Positions 18,356 through 27,412 of a stretch of DNA of 48,092 bases are shown in pieces. The notes beneath the pieces are model-generated. The model saw nothing but the letters and a program-made list of their open reading frames with translations, was not told where the DNA came from and did no database searches. The translations under genes were made by a program, and so were the position numbers. This DNA comes from Spirochaetota bacterium (GTDB lineage: Bacteria; Spirochaetota; UBA4802; UB4802): NCBI GenBank assembly GCA_035420565.1, contig DAOLVF010000003.1, positions 1 through 48,092 of the forward strand. Direction: 5' to 3'. Position 1 is the stretch's first letter; every line of letters begins with the position of its first letter.

Positions 18356-18856
18356 AGCTATATCCTCACATTATCATGTAATCAAAGGTAATAGTTATTG
18401 TATGAAATGAGAAGAATTTATTGCAAAAAAATTATTCAAGCAGATATGTTCATCTGTGAATTATACATATAGTATAATTATTATAATACTTTTATTCAAT
18501 ATTCATGACTTCGTTTTATTATAAACCATATTGAATATCTATAATAAATTTATACTTTGTCAAACTTTTTTCATGTTTTATGTTGTGATACATAATTACA
18601 AGGTCAACAGATATGGCACTCCTTTCAAACTTCATCTATCCATTTTTGCATATTTCAAGTAACTATCGCACCTCGCTATTGCCTTATATGTTTTGTAATC
18701 TTTGAACCATGGTCATGAAACGTATGTAACCATTGATTACAGCCTCTTATGTTTTATTGCAAAAAATATTGTACTTGATTTCTATGTAAAGATTCGTAAT
18801 TAAATCTAATACTATAACTATTTCAATTTACAAAACTTTTAATGCAGGGTAAAATT

Positions 18857-19348
18857 ATGAAAAAACTATCTCCTAAAAGTCAAAAATGGTTAAAAGCTTT
18901 CCATATACTATGTGTTTCATTATGGGTTGGCGGTGCAATCACAGTATCAGGTAAGCAATTTTTTATACAGGCAAAAACTGATGGTGAACTATATGGTATT
19001 GTATCTACAATGGATTATGTTGATCTTTTTATTATCATTCCTGGCGCACTTGGTTGTTTTGTAACAGGACTTATGTACTCAACATTAACACCATGGGGGT
19101 GGTTTAAATACAGATGGATTATTGTTAAATGGATAATATGTTTATATGGTATTATTTTTGGTACTTATTTTCTTGGTCCATGGTTAGGCAAACTTGTTCA
19201 TATAGCACAAACACAGGGGCTTGCCAGTTATGACAACCCACAATTCAACAGCACGGTTATCTTGTTGATGATTTTTGGTACTTTTCAGGCCGCTACATTA
19301 ATAGTTGCCTGCTTTATATCAAGCCTTAAACCATGGGGAAAAAGGTGA
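18857..19348 (+). CDS. Four-TM integral membrane protein (DUF2269-like, tentative)
   Basis: The ORF track starts at 18842. The ATG at 18857 (MKKLSPKSQKW...) has an AGGG RBS-like element 8 nt upstream. There are four hydrophobic helices. Confidence 0.5.
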   Translation: MKKLSPKSQKWLKAFHILCVSLWVGGAITVSGKQFFIQAKTDGELYGIVSTMDYVDLFIIIPGALGCFVTGLMYSTLTPWGWFKYRWIIVKWIICLYGIIFGTYFLGPWLGKLVHIAQTQGLASYDNPQFNSTVILLMIFGTFQAATLIVACFISSLKPWGKR

Positions 19349-19355
19349 GCAGTTT

Positions 19356-19775
19356 ATGGCAACCATTACTGAATACATTACCATAGCAACAAAAGGTCAG
19401 GGTGATATCATTGATATAACAATGGATGCGCAAGCGATAGTTACTAATAATACTATTAACAATGGGCTATTATGCCTTTTTGTGCCAGGTTCCACTGCTG
19501 CTATCACCACCATTGAATACGAACCAGGCTTACAGAAAGATATAAATATTTTTCTTGAGACAATCATTCCACGCAACGCTCATTATAACCATCACGATAC
19601 ATGGCATGATGATAATGGTTCTTCGCACCTCAGAGCTGCAATGATAGGTGCTTCAATCACTGTCCCAATAGTTCAGGGTAAGCTTACACTGGGGACATGG
19701 CAGCAGATAGTACTCATAGAATGCGATACCCGAAAAAGGGATAGGAAGATAGTAGCTCAGATTGTATATTCATAG
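19356..19775 (+). CDS. YjbQ/UPF0047 family protein (secondary thiamine-phosphate synthase)
   Basis: I re-started the ORF at the ATG at 19356 (MATITEYITIATKG...), which has an AAAGGTGAG RBS. The length (139 aa) and motifs (FVPGSTAAITTIEYEPG, HLRAAMIGASITVPI) are typical of the YjbQ family. Confidence 0.8.
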   Translation: MATITEYITIATKGQGDIIDITMDAQAIVTNNTINNGLLCLFVPGSTAAITTIEYEPGLQKDINIFLETIIPRNAHYNHHDTWHDDNGSSHLRAAMIGASITVPIVQGKLTLGTWQQIVLIECDTRKRDRKIVAQIVYS

Positions 19776-19802
19776 ATTTCAACATCATAATATTATTGTT
19801 AG

Positions 19803-20003
19803 TATGAAGTTTTAACACCACCGGTTGGGCGTAATGTTCTGGAAACTATCCGACAAATCCATGCTTTCCAATTGGTCCGTGAATCTAAAGGAACTCAAGC
19901 AACACCTTCAGGATGGCGTCCGGGCAAAGACACGTTAAAACCAGCTCCCGATCTGGTAGGTAAGGTGTGGGAAGTTTGGTCTGTTGATAAAGCTTTTGAC
20001 TAA
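19803..20003 (+). pseudogene. Start-less C-terminal gene fragment, unidentified
   Basis: The frame is open for 66 codons after a TAG and has no ATG: YEVLTPPVGRNVLETIRQIHAFQLVRESKGTQATPSGWRPGKDTLKPAPDLVGKVWEVWSVDKAFD*. Its composition is protein-like and locally more GC-rich than its AT-rich flanks. Confidence 0.3.
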
Positions 20004-20098
20004 AATTTTTAAAAAATACTTGATTTTTTTTAATATTATATTACAATATTATTAAGTTATGTGTACATTATAATTCGACTATCAAACATTTAATAATT

Positions 20099-21040
20099 AT
20101 GAGCTATACAGCATATTGCTTTCATCCACATTATTTAAACCATACAACAGGGGATTCTCACCCTGAATCCCCTAAACGCCTTGAACAATTAGATAAATAT
20201 ATCCGTAATAATAACAATTATTCATCATTGCTGTATGTCCAGCCACGAAAAGCAGACCCAAAAGTGTTAACGTATGCTCATGATATTAATTATATTCAAT
20301 CAATAGCCAATGCAAAACCCAATGGAATAACCTGTATTGATGGATACGATACAGTAATATGCGACGAAACGTATGATGTATCATTGTGGGCAGTGGGCGG
20401 CATTTTAGAAGTATGCGACTATATTATGTCAGGTGAAGCTCACAATGGATTTTGTGCCATACGCCCTCCCGGTCATCATGCTGAGATAGCTCAGGCTATG
20501 GGTTTTTGCATATTTAACAATGTAGCAATAGCTGCTCGTTATTTACAATATACATACAATATCCGAAAAATTGCTATTATTGATTGGGATGCACATCACG
20601 GCAACGGTACACAGCATATTTTTGAAGCCGATCCTTCTGTTTTTTACATCAGCCTCCATCAATTCCCTTTTTATCCCGGGACCGGTAGTGTTGATGAAAT
20701 TGGCATTGGACCTGGATATGGATATACTCTTAATATACCAATGAATCCGGGAAGCAATGATAAAACCTATAAAAGTGCATTCACTGAAATCATAATCCCT
20801 GCACTTGACCATTTTCAACCAGAGTTTATATTAATATCAGCCGGTTTTGATGCCCATAAAAGCGATCCATTATCCTCATTAAATTTATCAAGTAGTGCAT
20901 ACTACATGTTCACACGCATGCTGTTAGATATTGCACACAAATATTCCAATAAAAGAGTGATTGTAGTGCTTGAAGGTGGTTATGAAATCAATTCAATGGT
21001 AGAAAGTGTTGACTTTGTGCTGAAAGCACTGATGGAATAA
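20099..21040 (+). CDS. Histone deacetylase-family (arginase-fold) deacetylase, AcuC/Aph-like
   Basis: The 313-aa ORF carries IRPPGHHA, DWDAHHGNGTQ and VVLEGGY. Confidence 0.85.
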   Translation: MSYTAYCFHPHYLNHTTGDSHPESPKRLEQLDKYIRNNNNYSSLLYVQPRKADPKVLTYAHDINYIQSIANAKPNGITCIDGYDTVICDETYDVSLWAVGGILEVCDYIMSGEAHNGFCAIRPPGHHAEIAQAMGFCIFNNVAIAARYLQYTYNIRKIAIIDWDAHHGNGTQHIFEADPSVFYISLHQFPFYPGTGSVDEIGIGPGYGYTLNIPMNPGSNDKTYKSAFTEIIIPALDHFQPEFILISAGFDAHKSDPLSSLNLSSSAYYMFTRMLLDIAHKYSNKRVIVVLEGGYEINSMVESVDFVLKALME

Positions 21041-22120
21041 TCATCGAAAATTATATTCGATATAATTGTTAGTAATATAAGCTCTGTTTACAAAATTGCC
21101 ATCCAGCGGCTTTGATATTTGAAAAAAATGGTGCAAGAGGTGTGTTGCATCATCTGCACCCAGCACCTCAGGTTGTATAATCTGATCATCAAATTTACCT
21201 TTAATTGCATAGACACGTATCCTGGTAATTTTTCCCCCAGGTGCAATATATAAAGCGCATGCAATGGTATCATTGATTCCTTCATGCATCGATCCAAATA
21301 AAAAATTCCCCAATGAATAAATAATGGGCTTGTTTTTATATATTTCAATACCCTGATAAACATGCGGATGATGACCAACAATAACATCTGCTCCAGCATC
21401 TATAAGCGCATGGGCTATTCCAATCTGTTTTGAAGAAGGATAGTAAAAATATTCATTACCCCAGTGCAGATTGATAACAATGAAATCTGCAAAACGATAC
21501 CGTTGAATATCCTGAATAGCCTTTGATAATTCAAAAAAATTTACACCGGGGTTATCCCTGGCAATCATGTCTTTTGAACAGATTTGCGTATAGCATATAA
21601 TAACCATCTGCATGGTACCCAATTTACAAAATATTGGCTGAGAAGCTGTTGTTTCATTAATACCTGCTCCTGCATACAATATGTTACAGGAAGAAAGAGC
21701 AACAAGTGTGTCGGTTAATCCACCAACGCCATAATCCAATATATGATTATTTGCTATGGTTACAGCGTGTATGCCTGCTTTATGTAATAGGGGGGCAATA
21801 TCCATCGTTGTTTTAAAGATATACTTCTTATCAAAGGAACTATCGCCAAAACTATTATTGGTCAAAGGTGTTTCCAGATTTGCCATGACAAAGTCAAATG
21901 AATGTAAAAAGCTTTGTATGTTTTGCAGGGGATAATCCACACCCTTTTTGCTCATGGTATCTTTAACTGCCCATTCAAACATCATATCACCAACAAAAAG
22001 AACACTGCTTTCAGAAGGTAATCCAGAATATTGCTCTGGCAGGCGATGCTCGGGAGCTGAGCAGCATAATCCAACATTCAACAATAGTACTATAATCAAT
22101 CCAATTCTTTGCACTGTCAT
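21041..22120 (-). CDS. CapA-family (PGA_cap metallophosphatase-like) protein
   Basis: The 359-aa ORF has a signal/lipobox-like N-terminus (LLLNVGLCCS) and the motifs ANLETPL, IANNHILDYG, HWGNEY, and VIVGHHPHVYQGIEIYKNKPIIYSLGNF. Confidence 0.8.
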   Translation of the reverse strand: MTVQRIGLIIVLLLNVGLCCSAPEHRLPEQYSGLPSESSVLFVGDMMFEWAVKDTMSKKGVDYPLQNIQSFLHSFDFVMANLETPLTNNSFGDSSFDKKYIFKTTMDIAPLLHKAGIHAVTIANNHILDYGVGGLTDTLVALSSCNILYAGAGINETTASQPIFCKLGTMQMVIICYTQICSKDMIARDNPGVNFFELSKAIQDIQRYRFADFIVINLHWGNEYFYYPSSKQIGIAHALIDAGADVIVGHHPHVYQGIEIYKNKPIIYSLGNFLFGSMHEGINDTIACALYIAPGGKITRIRVYAIKGKFDDQIIQPEVLGADDATHLLHHFFQISKPLDGNFVNRAYITNNYIEYNFR

Positions 22121-22800
22121 TAATGCCCTTTCTGGATATACGGATACAGATAAAGCTCACCAGCTATAAAATCTTTTATATTGGGCAAGTCTTCAACATC
22201 CTGCATCTGCGATGTAATAAGCGATTCTGGATACGAGCATTGAAACTCCTTTATTGATATATGGAAGTGACGTGCCTGGATTAATAATTGTAAAAAAGCA
22301 GTATCAGGAAATTCTGTTATTTCAAAACTATCGCAATGCTTCATGGCAATCCCTTTAACAGGTGACAGGGGATCAACGATATGCAATCCTGTTCCATTAT
22401 TCAGGCAGGTAACAATTTCCCCATAAAACCCTTCAGGGGCACTGCATGAGGAGGGTAGTCTGTTCCCTGTAAGAATATCTGATGTTTCAAAATGCTGGAC
22501 ATACGTTGCTATTGCCTGCCAGCCGGTAAACGCTTCAACAGGCATTATAAATAGGTAGTGTAATGAAAAATCCCGTGCATACGATAGTGCACTGACCAGT
22601 GCTCCTCCATATCCTAACGGTTCTTCATGAATGACAAAATGTATTCCGGTATCAGCAAGTTCAGATGCAGATTCAATCTCCACACCATCATTGATGATAA
22701 GCGGCATCATGTTGGGGAATGGACATTCCTGTATATTGTCCAGATTTGTTTGTATTTCATTAGTATTACGGGCAACAAAAGCTGCTAATATATCACTCAT
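22120..22800 (-). CDS. Hypothetical protein, degenerate GT2-like nucleotide-sugar-transferase fold (tentative)
   Basis: The 226-aa ORF has LGYGGALVSALSYARD and ILTGNR, which resemble GT2 (DPM1-like) motifs. Its ATGAGTGA start overlaps the larE stop by 8 nt, and its TAATG end overlaps the CapA start by 1 nt. Confidence 0.35.
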   Translation of the reverse strand: MSDILAAFVARNTNEIQTNLDNIQECPFPNMMPLIINDGVEIESASELADTGIHFVIHEEPLGYGGALVSALSYARDFSLHYLFIMPVEAFTGWQAIATYVQHFETSDILTGNRLPSSCSAPEGFYGEIVTCLNNGTGLHIVDPLSPVKGIAMKHCDSFEITEFPDTAFLQLLIQARHFHISIKEFQCSYPESLITSQMQDVEDLPNIKDFIAGELYLYPYIQKGH

Positions 22801-23596
22801 GTGGTAACATCCTGTTTAAATTTCCTGATGAAAAACCTTCACAATCAACCGTTACGTATAAAAAACCAAGCTCCTTTATAAATGCAACAACTTTATTACG
22901 GAGGGTTGCATCCATAAAATATGCAATCTCTTCTTCTGGTATCTCAATACGTGCAATGGGATAATGATACCGCACCCGTACCGCTGTAAATCCCAACATG
23001 GCAATAAAAGTTTCTGCTTTTGCAATACTATCAAGCATAATATTTGTTATGCTGGTATGGTACGGTATGCGCGTGGCTAAACATGAGTTGGAAAATTGTT
23101 TGTGCGGTATCTGTATATCTGCCAGAGCACTATAAATATCATCTTTTGTTATGCCAGCCTCAACAAACGGCGATAGTATCCCTAATTCTGCCAGCGCCTT
23201 TTTTCCGGGCCTATAATCGTTACTATCAGAAGCATTGCTTGCATCAATGACATTTATAAAACCATTAGCGTGTGCATACGCAACCATATTCTTAAAAATT
23301 TCATGTTTACAGTGGTAGCACCGCATTTCAGTATTTGCTATAATCTGGCTATTGTTCATTACCGATACTGTAATTTCGTGATAGGGGATACGATGGTGCT
23401 GTGCAAAATAACGGGCATATTCTGTTTCACCCGGAATGGTAAATTCGCTGATGCAATGCACAGCACAAAAATCAAGATTCCAGCGCATGGATATTGCAAC
23501 AAGTAACGTTGAATCATTACCTCCTGAATATGCCACGATATACGGCTGGAGTTTTTTCAGTATTTGATGTACTTGTTCAATCTTTTTTTCATCCAT
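22793..23596 (-). CDS. larE: LarE-type ATP-dependent sulfur transferase (PP-loop ATPase, TIGR00268-like)
   Basis: The PP-loop is VAYSGGNDSTLL and the conserved Cys motif is SNSCLATRIPY. The ORF track begins at a TTG (23617). I prefer the ATG at 23596 (MDEKKIEQV...). Confidence 0.75.
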   Translation of the reverse strand: MDEKKIEQVHQILKKLQPYIVAYSGGNDSTLLVAISMRWNLDFCAVHCISEFTIPGETEYARYFAQHHRIPYHEITVSVMNNSQIIANTEMRCYHCKHEIFKNMVAYAHANGFINVIDASNASDSNDYRPGKKALAELGILSPFVEAGITKDDIYSALADIQIPHKQFSNSCLATRIPYHTSITNIMLDSIAKAETFIAMLGFTAVRVRYHYPIARIEIPEEEIAYFMDATLRNKVVAFIKELGFLYVTVDCEGFSSGNLNRMLPHE

Positions 23597-23605
23597 ACGG
23601 TAACC

Positions 23606-23633
23606 ATTATACCACAAATACCTTTTAGTGCAA
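23606..23633 (-). promoter_or_regulatory. Sigma70-type promoter with extended -10, directly upstream of larE
   Basis: On the minus strand, TTGCAC (23633-23628) is followed by a 16-nt spacer ending in TGg, then TATAAT (23611-23606). The ATG lies only 9 nt after the -10, which implies a leaderless or very short-leader mRNA. Confidence 0.4.
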
Positions 23634-23655
23634 CTACTCTATAGAATCAATTTAT

Positions 23656-25212
23656 CTAAAACCATGCAGTTGCACCAAATTCACCTTTAGCATTTTTTAT
23701 GTGCGATAGTTCCGATAATAACCTCAATGACAGCTGACATAACTTGCTGCGATAGCCAACCCGCATAGCCAGATAAACGGCTGTACTGGAGCAAACCTCG
23801 GTGAGTATATTGCTGTTTGCTAAAGGAAGCATTGCACAGTACACCTTCCTCCCATTACTGTTTACATAGACAACACTCATCGCCTGCTGTAAAGAACCCC
23901 ACTGTATAGTATAGCCTGATCGCATATACCATGCTGATTCCTCTCCCGTGTATAGCCCGTATTTCATATTCAGTGATACTTTTTTGGCAACCATCCATTC
24001 CATTCCTGTTTGATATCGCGAATCCCGCTGCTCTGCACCAGCTTTGTAAAATGTCATAAAGCGATAATCCGTTTGTATCTTAAAGGCGTTTATGGTAAAC
24101 TGAGTTCGTATACAATGGAGCCGTTTATGAGGATATTCAGCATAATAGGTTGATGGTACAAGATAGTTCTGGTCCATGTATGTCCATGAAAGCAACATCC
24201 ACCTGATTGGTTTTATCTGAGCTGAATAATAATAAATATCACGCGGCGCATTACCGCCAAATGAACTGCTGAATGGAGCATAAAAATATCGTTCTGTTTT
24301 TTGTATTATGCTGCACAATTGTATCCCTTTCTTTTTAACGGTAACCCCATACAGGTGAGCATTGTTGTATTGTGATGTTGAAGTGCTATTGCCTTTTACA
24401 TCCTTTTGTGAGATAGCCCACTCAGTAAATACAGTTAGTATGTTATCTTGATATCTTCCATAGAGGCTATACCCTCCAAACGACTGTATTGCTGTTGCAT
24501 TCTCATTATCTTTATCAAATACTATTTTTGTATTCTCATGATATAATCCGGTATGGTAATAGCATCCCTGCAAAACAACATATTCAAAGGGCTGCAACGT
24601 TACATTAGCAAAATAGGTTATAATGTTAACTGGTTCGGAATATAATCCATCCCTGCTGTCATGCGAAAGCAAACCACCAATACTATAGGGATACAGCTTA
24701 CCCTCAACATCATCAGATCGCATAAATCTCTCCTGCAATGATGCTCCAATACGCAATCGTACCTGCGGTTTGTTTAATCTATCATAGAGCGATGCAACTA
24801 TCCCATGCATCGCGTAGTCAGGATTTCCGCTTTTACATAGTGATATTCCCGTTTCGCTGCTCCGTACAGGGAATGAGTATGGATCGGGATTATAAACAGC
24901 AGGCTTACCCAGCAATAGCCCTGATGCATTATGGATAAAATAATATCCAGCTACTATCGCCGCATATTCCCCTGTATTGCTAAAAGCCCAGGTTGCCGTT
25001 GTTTTGCCATTATTTGTTTTTATCAATGTTGCATAAACCTTTGCATAATCTGTTGTGACACTTATTGAGGAACGTAGATATCGTTGCGTATCAGCTTCAT
25101 AATCCATGGCATCCTCTCTATATTCAACTGATATAGTGCTCAATGCCATTACTGCATGAATAAAAACTACCGTATATACCATGCTTAAAACTACAACTAT
25201 TGTATTCCGCAT
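23656..25212 (-). CDS. Large outer-membrane beta-barrel protein (uncharacterised family)
   Basis: The 518-aa ORF has an N-terminal signal-like segment (VVLSMVYTVVFIHAVMA) and is rich in Y/G/S beta-strand periodicity. The C-terminus (...EFGATAWF) ends in the aromatic residue typical of OMP beta-signals. It overlaps the upstream ORF by 16 nt. Confidence 0.5.
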   Translation of the reverse strand: MRNTIVVVLSMVYTVVFIHAVMALSTISVEYREDAMDYEADTQRYLRSSISVTTDYAKVYATLIKTNNGKTTATWAFSNTGEYAAIVAGYYFIHNASGLLLGKPAVYNPDPYSFPVRSSETGISLCKSGNPDYAMHGIVASLYDRLNKPQVRLRIGASLQERFMRSDDVEGKLYPYSIGGLLSHDSRDGLYSEPVNIITYFANVTLQPFEYVVLQGCYYHTGLYHENTKIVFDKDNENATAIQSFGGYSLYGRYQDNILTVFTEWAISQKDVKGNSTSTSQYNNAHLYGVTVKKKGIQLCSIIQKTERYFYAPFSSSFGGNAPRDIYYYSAQIKPIRWMLLSWTYMDQNYLVPSTYYAEYPHKRLHCIRTQFTINAFKIQTDYRFMTFYKAGAEQRDSRYQTGMEWMVAKKVSLNMKYGLYTGEESAWYMRSGYTIQWGSLQQAMSVVYVNSNGRKVYCAMLPLANSNILTEVCSSTAVYLAMRVGYRSKLCQLSLRLLSELSHIKNAKGEFGATAWF

Positions 25213-26438
25213 GCGGCCCTGACCATTTTTTGCTGATAGGTATCAAGACTTCTATATAATGGTGAACGCAGTATCCCCGGTATACCCGCCTTTTGATATT
25301 CCTCAGCCAGCACTATGGCAACATCCGACGGTATATCGGCAGCTACCATAGACTGAAAGAGCCTTTTTATTTTTTTATTCTGCTCTTCTTTTGATATATA
25401 TGTTCTGCCTTGATATTTCTTATGGTAATCCTTTTTTTCGTCCTTGTCATCATCACAATAATTACAGGTAACCTCCTGCAATTGACGTATCTGTTGTGTT
25501 GTAAATCCCAGCTGATATAATGATCTTGTGCTGACAGCTCCAAACATCTCTCTATATTTGATAATACGCTGACACAAGACATCAGGTGCAATACCCAGAG
25601 CAATAAGCTCCTGTTGGCTGCATGTCTGTATATTGAGCTTTATTGCAGTATTTTGTTTATATTCACTATGAGCCGGGAAAACATATCCCGCACCTGCATA
25701 GGTTATCCCAAATCTATGCGTGTTTCCCAGAAATGAATGATGCTGAAGCATATAGTAAAGAAGGATATTGCCCCATGCAACATTTACACCGGCTGTAGAT
25801 AATTCCAGTTCCTTACTGTATCCAACCAGTACGCTTACATGCCTGGTTATATATCCTTTTATCCATATACATTGCTGTATATCCCCATTGTACAAAAGCG
25901 TATATTCAATACCACATCCATCAAAAATATCAGCATCGCATGAAAATATGGTAGTTGGCGTAATATACTCATCATCGCCGTAATGCTGTATATTGTTGGT
26001 AAATAGGGTGCACGACAATCGTTGAAAGGGTGTTACCGTAGCCAGCAATCCATAATCAACACTATGTTTTGTTGTGGTAAACTCTTGAGTTTTTATTGAA
26101 AGGATATAGTCATGTACCCTGCAGCCAACCTTTATCCAGTGAGCTATCGCCCAATCAAGCCCTGTTGACAGTGTATCTTCACGATATTCAGGAATGCCAA
26201 AATAATGCCACCGTATGCCGCCATCATATTTTTTACCCTTATAGGCAACATTTGTATTTGTTTCCTTAAGCTGAGGAAAACCAAAAGGATTTGCATAACT
26301 AAGGCTGCACACAAACGCAGGATAATTGTTGTACAATTTCCCCAATAATGGGTCCTGCACATGTAACGGTAATGCTACTTTATATGCATTTTCAAATGCG
26401 CCTATGAACATGGTTATTGTCAGCAGCAATGAACCCAT
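25197..26438 (-). CDS. Beta-rich envelope protein with ComEA-like helix-hairpin-helix DNA-binding module
   Basis: The 413-aa ORF has an N-terminal half of about 260 aa that is beta-rich and aromatic, like a barrel. Next comes LNIQTCSQQELIALGIAPDVLCQRIIKYREMFGAVSTRSLYQLGFTTQQIRQL, which fits the ComEA HhH pattern (iN.ta...eL..l.Gi....a..Ii.yRe..G.f.s...L). A D/K/E-rich linker and a helical tail follow. The start shares TAATG with the upstream stop. Confidence 0.55.
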   Translation of the reverse strand: MGSLLLTITMFIGAFENAYKVALPLHVQDPLLGKLYNNYPAFVCSLSYANPFGFPQLKETNTNVAYKGKKYDGGIRWHYFGIPEYREDTLSTGLDWAIAHWIKVGCRVHDYILSIKTQEFTTTKHSVDYGLLATVTPFQRLSCTLFTNNIQHYGDDEYITPTTIFSCDADIFDGCGIEYTLLYNGDIQQCIWIKGYITRHVSVLVGYSKELELSTAGVNVAWGNILLYYMLQHHSFLGNTHRFGITYAGAGYVFPAHSEYKQNTAIKLNIQTCSQQELIALGIAPDVLCQRIIKYREMFGAVSTRSLYQLGFTTQQIRQLQEVTCNYCDDDKDEKKDYHKKYQGRTYISKEEQNKKIKRLFQSMVAADIPSDVAIVLAEEYQKAGIPGILRSPLYRSLDTYQQKMVRAACGIQ

Positions 26439-27412
26439 TACTCAACCACGATACAGTAAAATTTTTTACTCTCGCGGTTGGCATTGTCCTGAGCCTCAGC
26501 AATACCCAGATATAAACCACAGGTAAGATGCTTGATAGTGTTTGTCCAATCAAGTAACTGGACACCAGGCAATGCGTTAATCAGTGGACTTTCGTATATT
26601 TTGTAGCCAACAGAGGAAAACAGGCGTATCCTGAACTTGCATGGCTGGATAGCAAAAAGATTAAGCGGCTGCATATTTTTTTTAGAGATGACTATCGTGC
26701 GCTTAATTTTTATAAATTCGGACTTTGAATGATTTATTGGCAAAATATTGGGGCGCCCTGGCGTTTGATACGAGGTAATGACAAAATCATCAGCGCTATT
26801 GGTATCTACACCATTTTTTCTAATAATACTCTGATATTCTAAAATTCCTTTTTGACCAATATCAACCATGCATTCTTCACTGGCATAAGCACCCACCCAT
26901 TGATTATGGTCAATAGCGCTTTTGAGGTATTTTTCAATTGACTGGTTAAGAGTACCGTCTCTGTTGGCGTACGCCACAAAATCAATTATTCCGCCATTTG
27001 ACGGCTCATCATCACTATCTATTGCCACCACACAATCGGTATTCCATAAGCTATTGATATAGTTATTGCAATAAACATCAAGCACACCATTGCCATTGGT
27101 ATCTCCAGTAGCATCACACTCATCTGGTATTCCAGGCTTTGTACAATGCACAACAACAAACCTGTCATCCCATGGTGTTTCTGCCCTATCATAGCTATAG
27201 ATTGTAACCGGAGATTGTGAAAGAGGTTCATTGGTTCCATAATACATGGTTACATACAGCGATGAAATATCCATCGATAGCCTTTGTTCAGAGCAGTAAA
27301 ATAGCTCAACCCAATCACCCGCTGGTACATTACAGGCTATTTCATTAATGAGAAGTTGCGGATAGGCTAATGATGTGTGAAGCAAACACACAATAACAAT
27401 AATCCGACGCAT
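26438..27412 (-). CDS. Secreted lamin-tail-domain (LTD) protein with C-terminal FlgD-Ig/T9SS-CTD-like beta-sandwich
   Basis: The LTD hallmarks are LLINEI...GDWVELFY near the N-terminus and GVDTNSADDF...TPGRPN about 200 aa later. The last approximately 85 aa (FRIRLFSSVGYKIYES...CGLYLGIAEAQ...KKFYCIVV) resemble FlgD-Ig/sorting domains. I prefer the ATG at 27412 (MRRIIVIVCLL..., GGAG 9 nt upstream) over 27421. Confidence 0.55.
   Translation of the reverse strand: MRRIIVIVCLLHTSLAYPQLLINEIACNVPAGDWVELFYCSEQRLSMDISSLYVTMYYGTNEPLSQSPVTIYSYDRAETPWDDRFVVVHCTKPGIPDECDATGDTNGNGVLDVYCNNYINSLWNTDCVVAIDSDDEPSNGGIIDFVAYANRDGTLNQSIEKYLKSAIDHNQWVGAYASEECMVDIGQKGILEYQSIIRKNGVDTNSADDFVITSYQTPGRPNILPINHSKSEFIKIKRTIVISKKNMQPLNLFAIQPCKFRIRLFSSVGYKIYESPLINALPGVQLLDWTNTIKHLTCGLYLGIAEAQDNANRESKKFYCIVVE

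Noticed and set aside
18356-18856. A possible TPP or other riboswitch in the 500-bp AT-rich spacer upstream of the membrane-protein/yjbQ pair.
   Set aside because: No conserved TPP-box elements (CTGAGA ... ACCTGATCTGGATAATGCCAGCG-like) or other riboswitch cores were recognisable. The spacer is AT-rich with only short non-coding frames.
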